From: Candidatus Latescibacterota bacterium
Lineage (GTDB): Bacteria; Latescibacterota; UBA2968; UBA8231
Direction: 5' to 3'
NCBI GenBank assembly: GCA_963422735.1
Contig: OY730476.1
Location: forward strand, 2,400,001 to 2,464,000
DNA length: 64,000 bases
Of this stretch, positions 18,902 through 26,840 are shown in pieces. Under the pieces are notes generated by a model. It saw nothing but the letters and a program-made list of their open reading frames with translations, had not been told where the DNA came from and did not search any database. Position numbers and translations under genes: made by a program. Within the stretch, counting starts at the first letter, position 1, and each line of letters opens with the position of its first letter.

Positions 18902-19819
18902 ATGATGCGCAACAGCACATTCTGGTGCGTCTTGATATGGGCACCAGATGTCCTGGCCCAAGAGATAGTCCAAGTGCAGACGCCAGCCAGCACCATGCAC
19001 GAGTTGGCCCGCGTCTCCGCCGGTTATTTTGCGATGGGATCGGCTGATGGACGGGCGGACGAGCAGCCCGTCCATCAGGTCTATCTCGACGACTTCTACA
19101 TCGACCGTTTTGAAGTGAACAATGGTCAGTACGCCGCCTTTTTGAACGACACAGACCGCAACGTGGATGAGGGAGAGCACCTGCTGCTCGATGTGCGCGA
19201 TGCCGACGCGCAGATCCGCTACGGTGACGCGGGATACACAGCCGTTCCCGGCACCGAGCAGCGGCCAGTCGCCGAGGTCTCGTGGTACGGTGCCCGTGCG
19301 TATTGCGCTTGGGCCGGCATGCAGTTGCCAACCGAGGCTATGTGGGAGAAGGCCGCCCGCGGCACCGACGGCCGCATCTATCCTTGGGGCGATTCCATTG
19401 ACCGCAGCCGGGCCAACTACGGCCGCGAGGGCTGCTGTCGCGGCGACGACAGCGATGGCTTTTTCGCCTCGGCTCCGGTCGGCTCTTATCAGCGTGGGAT
19501 TTCTCCCTATGGGGCCTACGATATGGGGGGCAATGTCTGGGAGTGGGTGGTGGATTGGTACGGCGAGGATTACTACGCGCAAAGCACCGAACGCGATCCG
19601 CAGGGGCCGGACGCAGGAATCAGCCGGGTGCTTCGGGGCGGGTCGCTGAGCAGCGATCCGTATCGCCTGCGCACCACCGACCGCAGTGGGCTGCCGCCTT
19701 CGGCTACCTACATCATCGTCGGATTTCGCTGCGCGGCGAGCGAACTCCCCGCCACGGCAGTGCAGTCGGCAAGTTGGGGACAGGTCAAGCGCATGACAGA
19801 AGAGGGTGATGCGCGATAA
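18902..19819 (+). CDS. Exported FGE-sulfatase (SUMF1/EgtB/PvdO) domain protein with C-terminal WGxxK tail
   Basis: 'FAMGS', 'EQPVHQV', 'LPTEAMWEKAARG', 'YDMGGNVWEW', 'RVLRGGS', 'GFRCA'. The tail reads 'TAVQSASWGQVK'. Confidence 0.9.
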   Translation: MMRNSTFWCVLIWAPDVLAQEIVQVQTPASTMHELARVSAGYFAMGSADGRADEQPVHQVYLDDFYIDRFEVNNGQYAAFLNDTDRNVDEGEHLLLDVRDADAQIRYGDAGYTAVPGTEQRPVAEVSWYGARAYCAWAGMQLPTEAMWEKAARGTDGRIYPWGDSIDRSRANYGREGCCRGDDSDGFFASAPVGSYQRGISPYGAYDMGGNVWEWVVDWYGEDYYAQSTERDPQGPDAGISRVLRGGSLSSDPYRLRTTDRSGLPPSATYIIVGFRCAASELPATAVQSASWGQVKRMTEEGDAR

Positions 19820-19834
19820 ACCCGCATAAATGCA

Positions 19835-19870
19835 GCCAGCCCCTCAGCTTGTGCAAGCTAAGTGGCTGTT
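19835..19870. terminator. Hairpin between the convergent FGE-domain gene and tRNA
   Basis: CAGCCA...AGCTTG-TG-CAAGCT...TGGCTG, followed by an AT-rich run. Confidence 0.45.
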
Positions 19871-19887
19871 TATATTAAAAATTAAAG

Positions 19888-19963
19888 TGGTGGCTCCTCG
19901 CGGAATCGAACCGCGGACACAGAGATTTTCAGTCTCCTGCTCTACCAACTGAGCTAAAGAGCC
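19888..19963 (-). tRNA. tRNA-Phe (GAA)
   Basis: Minus strand GGCTCTTTAGCTCAGTTGGTAGAGCAGGAGACTGAAAATCTCTGTGTCCGCGGTTCGATTCCGCGAGGAGCCACCA forms a 76-nt cloverleaf with encoded CCA. Confidence 0.98.
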
Positions 19964-19978
19964 ACCAGAAGAAAGATA

Positions 19979-20007
19979 AAATTAAAACCCCTCATTTCCC
20001 TTGTCAA
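19979..20007 (-). promoter_or_regulatory. Sigma70 promoter of tRNA-Phe
   Basis: Minus strand TTGACA-N17-TAATTT, 15 nt upstream of the tRNA. Confidence 0.7.
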
Positions 20008-20016
20008 GGATGCGCC

Positions 20017-20538
20017 ATGCCCGTCTCGATCATCCCGTTCAACATGCCCGAACCCGCGGCAATTCCTCCACACATCGTCGCATCGCTTGAGACTATGTCT
20101 CCAGACGAAGCCGTAGCCCAAAGCATGGATTTGCTGCTGGGCATCGAGGCGGCAGACACCATAGTATATGAGCGCGTCGGCCAAAGGGTAGTCCACACGG
20201 CCGGCGCAGGAGCTGAGGTCCTGCAGCGGGTGCTCGAACAAGACGGCGGGTGCTCCTTCGCCGCTCAGGACGGGGTCGAGAACTCCGCGTTGTTGCTGGT
20301 GGGGCAGGCCAGTACCGACGAAGAAAGCCCCCTGCCAGCAGGAGTGATGCGCTTCCTGCTAGAGGGGGCGGAATGCGGGTCCCTCGGCTTTAGCTACGTG
20401 TTGCCTCTCAAGACCAGCGATGGCCAGCTATGGGGCGCGTTGACTCTGATTCGCCGAGCGGCGAGCGGGCCGCTCAACCACGAGCAACCCAATCTGTGCG
20501 AGGGCATGCGGCGCGTGTTGAGCCGGCTGTGCAGTTAG
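20017..20538 (+). CDS. Hypothetical protein, GAF-like
   Basis: 'YVLPLKTSDGQLWGALTL' resembles GAF C-terminal strands; AAGGA RBS. Confidence 0.55.
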   Translation: MPVSIIPFNMPEPAAIPPHIVASLETMSPDEAVAQSMDLLLGIEAADTIVYERVGQRVVHTAGAGAEVLQRVLEQDGGCSFAAQDGVENSALLLVGQASTDEESPLPAGVMRFLLEGAECGSLGFSYVLPLKTSDGQLWGALTLIRRAASGPLNHEQPNLCEGMRRVLSRLCS

Positions 20539-20804
20539 GCCGAGACCGACTCGACGACTCCGTTTTCGAGCATCCAAGCCTCGACCTCGTCGCCATCTAC
20601 GTCGGCCAACATCTGGCCGTTGATCTCGACGCAGGGCGAGAGGGGCTGGCCGCTTTTCTGTACCATCTCAGCGTAAATAGCCGGATTGTTGATAATGTCT
20701 TTATCTTCGTATGCCAAGCCGTATCTGGCGAAGGTCGTGCGCACACTATTGCTCCAGCCGCAAACCGGCTTCAAATAGGCGACGATGCGGGGGGCTTCAG
20801 CCAT
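20535..20804 (-). CDS. Monothiol glutaredoxin-like protein
   Basis: 'YLKPVCGWS', 'KSGQPLSPCVEINGQML'. Confidence 0.85.
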   Translation of the reverse strand: MAEAPRIVAYLKPVCGWSNSVRTTFARYGLAYEDKDIINNPAIYAEMVQKSGQPLSPCVEINGQMLADVDGDEVEAWMLENGVVESVSA

Positions 20805-20853
20805 GATTGGTATTCCTTTCTGGCGTATATAGAGACGATTTTGTACTAGGTGG

Positions 20854-20927
20854 AATATAGAGCCGCGCCCCTCTCTGTCAAGCAGGGCGTTAGGTGATTG
20901 ACGAACCGAGTACCTATGTGTTACATT
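20854..20927. promoter_or_regulatory. Divergent sigma70 promoters (glutaredoxin / murA)
   Basis: Minus strand TTGACA-N16-TATATT (20881-20854); plus strand TTGACG-N18-TACATT (20898-20927). Confidence 0.55.
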
Positions 20928-20986
20928 TGAGCCATTCCCCTCCCCCTTGTATGGTTGCTCTCCTCACTTAACTATAAGGATTGGCA

Positions 20987-22258
20987 ATGAGTTCTACAGA
21001 AGTCCTTTTTGTACGTGGCGGACGCCCCTTGCAAGGAGAGGTCGAGGTCCAAGGGTCCAAAAACGCCGCTTTGCCCATGTTGGCCGCTTCACTGTTGGCC
21101 ACCGAAGGGCAAACCGTTTTGCACCGGGTACCCCCGGTCAAAGACGTATTGGTCGCCCTAGAAGTATTGCGTCGGCTCGGCGCACGCGTCGATTACGATG
21201 CAACAGAGGAAGTGGCCGTCCTAGACACCCGCGATGTCAAAGAGACTCGGCTGCCCGAGGATTTGACCAAGCGCTTTCGCGCCTCTCTGCTTTTCGTCGG
21301 ACCGCTGTTGGCCCGCTTTGGCCGCGCTTGGATCCAAGAGGTTGGCGGCTGCACGATTGGCTCGCGGCCGACCGACTATCACTATCGCGGCTTTGCCCGG
21401 CTCGGGGCCGAGATCCAAGGTGTGGACGGCGGCGGCATCGACGTGGTGGCCAAGCGGCTCTCCGGGGCCTTTATGTACTGCGATTTGCCTAGCCATACCG
21501 GGGTGGAAAATCTCGTTATGGCGGCCTGCCTAGCAGAGGGCGAGTCCGTGATCGAGAACGCAGCCTCCGACCCGGAGATCGTCGATTTCGCGGTGCTCCT
21601 GCAAAAGATGGGTGCCCAAGTCGAAGGGGCTGGTACGCGGCGGGTGCATATTAAGGGAGTCGATGAGTTGGTAGGTGCCGAGCACGCGATCATGTACGAC
21701 CGCCTCGACGCCGGCCTCCTAATGATGGCGGGCGCGATTACCGGCGGCGACATCGCCCTCAAAGGCGTGGTGCGCGATCACCTATACGTCTTTGAGGCCA
21801 AGCTACAGCAGATGGGTGTCGAGATGACAGAAGAAGAGGCTTGGATGCGGGTGCGCGGGCCGGAAACCTTGTCGCCGATCAACGTGGTAACCACCTTTTA
21901 CCCCGGCTTCCCAACAGATCTGCAGCCTGGGATGACAGCCTTGGCGTGCATGGCCAAAGGCGATAGCTACATCCGCGAGACCGTATTCGAAGATCGCCTC
22001 GGCCACGTCAAGAACTTGCGTTCCTTCGGTGCTCGCATTGCGCCGGAAAAGGACCGCTTGGTGTTGGTGCACGGGCCGGCTCAGCTCAAAGGGAACAAGG
22101 TCAAGGCCATGGACATTCGCGCCGGAGCCGCCTGTGTGCTCGCCGGCCTAGCGGCCGAGGGCTACACCGAGATCGGCAACCTCTACCAGCTCGACCGAGG
22201 GCATGCCCACATTGAGCGCCGCCTGCGGGCTTTGGGCGCCGACATCGAAAGGCACTGA
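20987..22258 (+). CDS. murA: UDP-N-acetylglucosamine 1-carboxyvinyltransferase
   Basis: 'GSKNAALP', active-site 'GGCTIGSRP', 'YPGFPTDLQ', 'DIRAGAA', 'LDRG'. Confidence 0.96.
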   Translation: MSSTEVLFVRGGRPLQGEVEVQGSKNAALPMLAASLLATEGQTVLHRVPPVKDVLVALEVLRRLGARVDYDATEEVAVLDTRDVKETRLPEDLTKRFRASLLFVGPLLARFGRAWIQEVGGCTIGSRPTDYHYRGFARLGAEIQGVDGGGIDVVAKRLSGAFMYCDLPSHTGVENLVMAACLAEGESVIENAASDPEIVDFAVLLQKMGAQVEGAGTRRVHIKGVDELVGAEHAIMYDRLDAGLLMMAGAITGGDIALKGVVRDHLYVFEAKLQQMGVEMTEEEAWMRVRGPETLSPINVVTTFYPGFPTDLQPGMTALACMAKGDSYIRETVFEDRLGHVKNLRSFGARIAPEKDRLVLVHGPAQLKGNKVKAMDIRAGAACVLAGLAAEGYTEIGNLYQLDRGHAHIERRLRALGADIERH

Positions 22259-22347
22259 GGCGCGTTGCGCCCCAACGCTAGTAAGCGGTCGGGAGCTTGT
22301 GGCTCTCGGCCGCTTTTGCTTGCCGATTACTACTACAGGGAGGCACC

Positions 22348-23475
22348 ATGCTTGTACACCCCGACGCAGTATATCTAGCGCGCTCGCCCATCGACCGCGC
22401 CGAGGCTCCTTTTGCGACCTACCGAGAGCTGGCCTATCGCACCTTCGCCGCCCTACAGGTGCCGCTACCTGCTGCAGGTACCGTCTTGCTCAAGCCCAAT
22501 GCCACCGTGCTCTATCCACCGGAAAAGCGCATCATCACCCACCCCGGGTTTGTCGGTGGCCTACTCGACGCCCTGCGCGACTGCGGCGTATCCGCCGAGC
22601 GCATGGTGGTTGCCGACGGCCAGTCCGGGGAAAACCCTACGGCTGGGCACACTTGGGAACTATGCGGCTATCGCGCCATGGTCGAGGCGCGGGGTGTGCG
22701 GCTCGCAGAAATGAACACCGACGAGGATGCCCGCGTCGTCGAGGTCTCCGGCGGCGTGGTGTACGAGCAGTATCCCCTGTACCGCGAAGTGACCGATTGC
22801 GCCTTCTTTTTTAACGTCCCCCTCGCCAAGTGCCACAACTTGGGCTGTACGACCTTGTCGATTAAAAACCTGATGGGCATCATCGCCAAGCCCGAGCGGC
22901 ACCTGTGCGCGATCCAAGTCGTGGACGAGCCCTGCGCCGAGGAGTTGTGGCGGCTGACCGAGAGCGGTCTCAGCCTCTTCGAAGACCGCTTCTATCACAA
23001 GCTCTGCGATCTATTGGTCGCGCTGCGCGGCTTGGAAATTCCGCGGCTTTCAGTGGTAGATGGCCTCGTCGGCCGCGACGGCACGGCGTTCAACGAAGGA
23101 GCCAATTACCCCCTCGGCTGGGCTTTGGCCGGCGTCAACGAGGTACACGTAGATGCAGTAGCTACCTACCTAATGGGCCTCGATCCGCAGGCCACCCCCT
23201 ATCTACAATTCGCCTACGCCCGCGGCCTAGGGACTATTGACCCGAGGGAAATCGAGGTCGTCGATCTCGCGAGCGGCACGGCGCTCAATGGCGCGGCTCT
23301 AGCAAAGCTGCGGCCTGCCGCGCCGCTGATGCCCATCGCCCGCCTCAACCAAGGCAACTACTACAAGCGCTTTCGCACCGACGGATCGGCCGTGCCTTGG
23401 CGCTTGGACGATGTCAATGCCCAACGCCAGCAGGACGGTCTGGCACCCGTTCCCTATGAGTCAGCCCGCGCCTGA
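22348..23475 (+). CDS. DUF362-domain protein
   Basis: 'VLLKPN', 'THP', 'NVPLAKCH', 'TLSIKNLMG', 'VVDG', 'VDAVA..LMG'; GGAGG RBS. Confidence 0.85.
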   Translation: MLVHPDAVYLARSPIDRAEAPFATYRELAYRTFAALQVPLPAAGTVLLKPNATVLYPPEKRIITHPGFVGGLLDALRDCGVSAERMVVADGQSGENPTAGHTWELCGYRAMVEARGVRLAEMNTDEDARVVEVSGGVVYEQYPLYREVTDCAFFFNVPLAKCHNLGCTTLSIKNLMGIIAKPERHLCAIQVVDEPCAEELWRLTESGLSLFEDRFYHKLCDLLVALRGLEIPRLSVVDGLVGRDGTAFNEGANYPLGWALAGVNEVHVDAVATYLMGLDPQATPYLQFAYARGLGTIDPREIEVVDLASGTALNGAALAKLRPAAPLMPIARLNQGNYYKRFRTDGSAVPWRLDDVNAQRQQDGLAPVPYESARA

Positions 23476-23803
23476 GCACACCCTCCGCGCCTGCCAGCGA
23501 GCGGTGGACGAGTGGATCGCCGACGTCGGCGTGCGCTACTTCTCCGAGCTGACCAATACGGCCGTGCTGATGGAGGAAGTTGGCGAATTGGCGCGGATCA
23601 TGGCCCGCACCTTTGGGGAGCAGAGCTTTAAGGAGGGCGAAAAAGCCGACCTCGGCATGGAGATGGCCGACGTACTCTTCGTCCTCATATGCCTCGCCAA
23701 TCAGACTGGGGTTGACTTGGAGGAATCCTTCCAGCGCGCGTTGGCCAAGAAGACCCAACGCGACCGCAGGCGTCACGCGGAAAATCTCAAACTCCAATCG
23801 TGA
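23456..23803 (+). CDS. MazG-like nucleotide pyrophosphohydrolase (YpjD-type)
   Basis: 'VRYFSELTN..LMEEVGELAR', 'EMADVLFVLICLANQTGVDL'. Confidence 0.92.
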   Translation: MSQPAPEHTLRACQRAVDEWIADVGVRYFSELTNTAVLMEEVGELARIMARTFGEQSFKEGEKADLGMEMADVLFVLICLANQTGVDLEESFQRALAKKTQRDRRRHAENLKLQS

Positions 23804-25119
23804 GGTTCTACGGCCTCTATCTCGCGGCTGTGCTGCTAGCCGGGGCCGGGTGCGAGCCACAACAGCGTCCCACCGTTCCCATCCCCATAGGTCCACTCGT
23901 CGTGGGCGCGTGGCTGCCGGCCGGGCTGGACACCTATCGGTTCAGCACCGAGGATCGGCAGCAGCTCGTCGAACTGGGCCTGAATCAAATAGAGTGGTTG
24001 CAGCGGGCCGAGGTGGAGGGAAAAACGGCCGAAGAGTGGGCCATGGCCTTTTGCAATGCACGCGGCGTACAGATGCCGGTCTTTTACGAGCCGCGCGGCT
24101 TGACGCCCTATGACAAGCTGCAACACTGGGCCACGCGCTCCCCGGTGGGCGCGGGTTTTGCCGACTCGCTATCGCTACGAGTGCAAGCACTGGCCGCGCA
24201 GTGGGAGGACGCGGCCGGGTTGCAGGGTTATCTGGTGGGGCACGAGGATTATCAGCAGAAGTACTACGACGCGCTCGCCGAGGTCGTGTCAGCACTCGGG
24301 CGCGTGGACTCTCTGCGGCCGGTCCTTACCGTGGGGCGGCTCGACCACTACGAGGACAGCCGAGCCTTTACCGACGCGTTTTTCCAAAGGAGCGGGCCAC
24401 CCAATATCTTCCAACACGAGCACTACGTATTTAGAAATAATGCGCCGAGCGCGGGCGCGGGCTTACAGCACCGGCTCAGCGCATTGCTCGCCGGATACGA
24501 CCAAGTCGCCGCGCACCTGCGCGGGCACTGGGGGCGCTGGCACGCCATCGTGCAAGTACACGGCGAGACGAGAGGCGAGAAGCCGTACTACCGCAAGCCC
24601 GCGCCCGCGGAGATTTCCGTACAGGTGGGGTTGGCACTGACGCGGGGGGCGTCTGGCATCGTTTATTTTCTCTACAGTTCGGGCATCGAAAAGGTGCATA
24701 ATGCCCGAGGCGAGCTAGTCCAAGTGCAAGAGTACGAGGGGTTGGTGGATAGGGATGGGGATCCTACGGCGAGCTATGCGGCCGTGCAAAAGATCAACGC
24801 GCAGCTACGCGCACTGAGTCCGGTGCTCGCGGGCCTGTACTTTCACGGGGCGACCAGTGCGCATCCCCTCGCTGCAAACGAACTAATCGCCATGGCGGAT
24901 GCGGACTTGGAATTCGGTTTTTTTGGCAACCGCCAGCAGCAGACGCACGTGTTGATAGCCAATCGGTGGACTTGGAAACGGCGGCGAGTGGTACTAGGCG
25001 TGAAGAAGGATGCGGCCCGCGATGCAGCGACCGGCGCGGCCTTGGTGATCGAGGATCAAACCGTGGCCGTGGAATTGGCGGCGGGCGGATTTAGGTTGTT
25101 GGCCGTGGGGGATGGCTGA
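23800..25119 (+). CDS. Hypothetical lipoprotein, possibly glycoside-hydrolase-like TIM barrel
   Basis: Lipobox-like 'LAGAGC', plus 'GYLVGHED' and 'LALTRGASGIVYF'. Function is inferred only. Confidence 0.6.
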   Translation: MRFYGLYLAAVLLAGAGCEPQQRPTVPIPIGPLVVGAWLPAGLDTYRFSTEDRQQLVELGLNQIEWLQRAEVEGKTAEEWAMAFCNARGVQMPVFYEPRGLTPYDKLQHWATRSPVGAGFADSLSLRVQALAAQWEDAAGLQGYLVGHEDYQQKYYDALAEVVSALGRVDSLRPVLTVGRLDHYEDSRAFTDAFFQRSGPPNIFQHEHYVFRNNAPSAGAGLQHRLSALLAGYDQVAAHLRGHWGRWHAIVQVHGETRGEKPYYRKPAPAEISVQVGLALTRGASGIVYFLYSSGIEKVHNARGELVQVQEYEGLVDRDGDPTASYAAVQKINAQLRALSPVLAGLYFHGATSAHPLAANELIAMADADLEFGFFGNRQQQTHVLIANRWTWKRRRVVLGVKKDAARDAATGAALVIEDQTVAVELAAGGFRLLAVGDG

Positions 25120-25233
25120 CGAACGCGTCATGTGGCTTCTCCCCTCCAGCGAACAGCCGGCAAGTTGTGCTGCACACGGCATCCGCTTACTTTGGCGCAA
25201 ATTTCTACATCCTCTTTTGCAAAAGGTCGGCCC

Positions 25234-25896
25234 ATGAGTTCTCGCAACGGTTTTATCGAAGCGCATATTTACGATTACATCCTCGCCAACTCGCTGCGCG
25301 ACCGAGACGAACTCAAGCGGTTGCGGCAGGAGACTAGGGCCATGCCCATGGGCGGGATGCAGATCTCGCCCGATCAGGGGCAGTTCATGGGGCTGCTCGT
25401 CGAACTGATCGACGCCAAGCGGATCGTCGAGGTGGGGACCTTTACTGGCTACAGCAGCACCGTGCTGGCGCTGGCTTTGCCAGCGGACGGGCATCTAATC
25501 GCCTGCGACGTCAGCGACGAGTTTACCCGCATTGCCCGGCGTTATTGGCAAGAAGCCGGCGTGGCCGACAAGATCGAATTGCGGTTGGGACCAGCCATAG
25601 CAACCCTCGACGGAATGCTCGCGACCGGGGAAGCCGGTCGCTTCGACATGGCCTTTATAGATGCGGACAAAGAAAATTACGACGCCTATTACGAGCGCTG
25701 CCTGCGGCTCTTGCGCCCGGGCGGCTTGATCCTAATCGACAACGTGCTGTGGGGCGGGCGGCCCGCCGATGCCAACGAGCAGGCCGAGAGCACCGTGGCA
25801 ATCCGAGCACTCAACGCCAAAATCCGCACCGACGAGCGGGTGACCGCATCTCTGCTGTCGATTGGCGACGGGTTGACGCTGGCGCGGAAGCGGTGA
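25234..25896 (+). CDS. Class I SAM-dependent O-methyltransferase (caffeoyl-CoA OMT-like)
   Basis: 'MQISPDQGQF', 'VEVGTFTGYS', 'FDMAFIDADKENY', 'DNVLWGG', 'IGDGLTLARK'. Confidence 0.95.
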   Translation: MSSRNGFIEAHIYDYILANSLRDRDELKRLRQETRAMPMGGMQISPDQGQFMGLLVELIDAKRIVEVGTFTGYSSTVLALALPADGHLIACDVSDEFTRIARRYWQEAGVADKIELRLGPAIATLDGMLATGEAGRFDMAFIDADKENYDAYYERCLRLLRPGGLILIDNVLWGGRPADANEQAESTVAIRALNAKIRTDERVTASLLSIGDGLTLARKR

Positions 25897-25904
25897 TCTG
25901 TGCA

Positions 25905-26720
25905 ATGCGCTCCAGTTTTCCCACCGCAATCTACAACGTCCCCACCAGCCAATCGGTAGCCAGTACCTTCTCTTCGATTGACACCGCCGTGCCGACCCCC
26001 GGTGTCGGCTTCTTCACGCCCTCGCAGGGCTTTCGCTCCGACGGTACGCCTCGCGGCCGTTCGACACCACGCCGGCCTTCGATGTCTCCATCGGCTCGGA
26101 CTCAGAACCTGCGGTCAACTGGGGCGGCAACGACTTGTTCGAGCAAGTCATCGCCAACGTGAGTGCCAACTTCGATCCCGTCGTCCGCATCGACTTCCCG
26201 CGCCAATACATGCGCTTTTTTCGCTGGCACCGGCAAACGTTGCTGGCCGACGAGGAAGCACTCAACATCTGCGCCGACTGTGGTGGCCAAGGCAACCAAG
26301 CCATCGCGCTCAAAGGCTCAATCGGAGGATTTGAGATCTTCGGCCAAGGCATACCACAGCGCATCGTTTATCTCAGCCAAGTCGCGAATTTTGGCCGCCT
26401 GCACTGGGCGGGCACACCGCTGCGCTTAGTCAATGGTACGGTCGTCGCAGATCCCGACGCCCCAGTCTCGCTCCAGGCCAAAGTCCGCGTCGGCCACGAT
26501 GACAGCCCGGCGACCTACCACGGATACATCAACATCGGCCGCGGAGGTCTCATGCGAACACTACGAGACGCTCACAGCCCACCTTACCCGCTCGCACAGC
26601 GCAAACGTGCCGGGCGGGAGCTGGGAAGCCGGCAGCAACGCGGCCGCGGCCGGGCGAATCATGGACGGCAACCGCGAGACCTTCGGATGCACCACCCAAG
26701 GCAACCTCGGTTGACCTAGG
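25905..26720 (+). pseudogene. Deleted and frameshifted relic of a paralogous pair of the 26841 and 28886 genes
   Basis: Fragments 'GFFTPSQGFRSDGTP', 'NFDPVVRIDFPRQYMRFFR' and 'NFGRLHW' match the 26841 protein. 'GGSWEAGSNAAAAGRIMDGNRETF' matches the 28886 protein. Confidence 0.85.
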
Positions 26721-26840
26721 GGCTGACGCTGGCGACGATACGGCACTGTGCATCATTGCCGTGGAGTACTGATATTGCTCTGATAGGATAATTGCTTACG
26801 GCGCGTTATATTAGCCCATGCCCGTGGAAGGAAAGCCGTC

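Noticed and set aside
18902-19819. True formylglycine-generating enzyme maturing the nearby sulfatase
   Set aside because: It lacks the catalytic Cys pair after RGGS (reads RGGSLSSDPYRLR) and appears to be exported.
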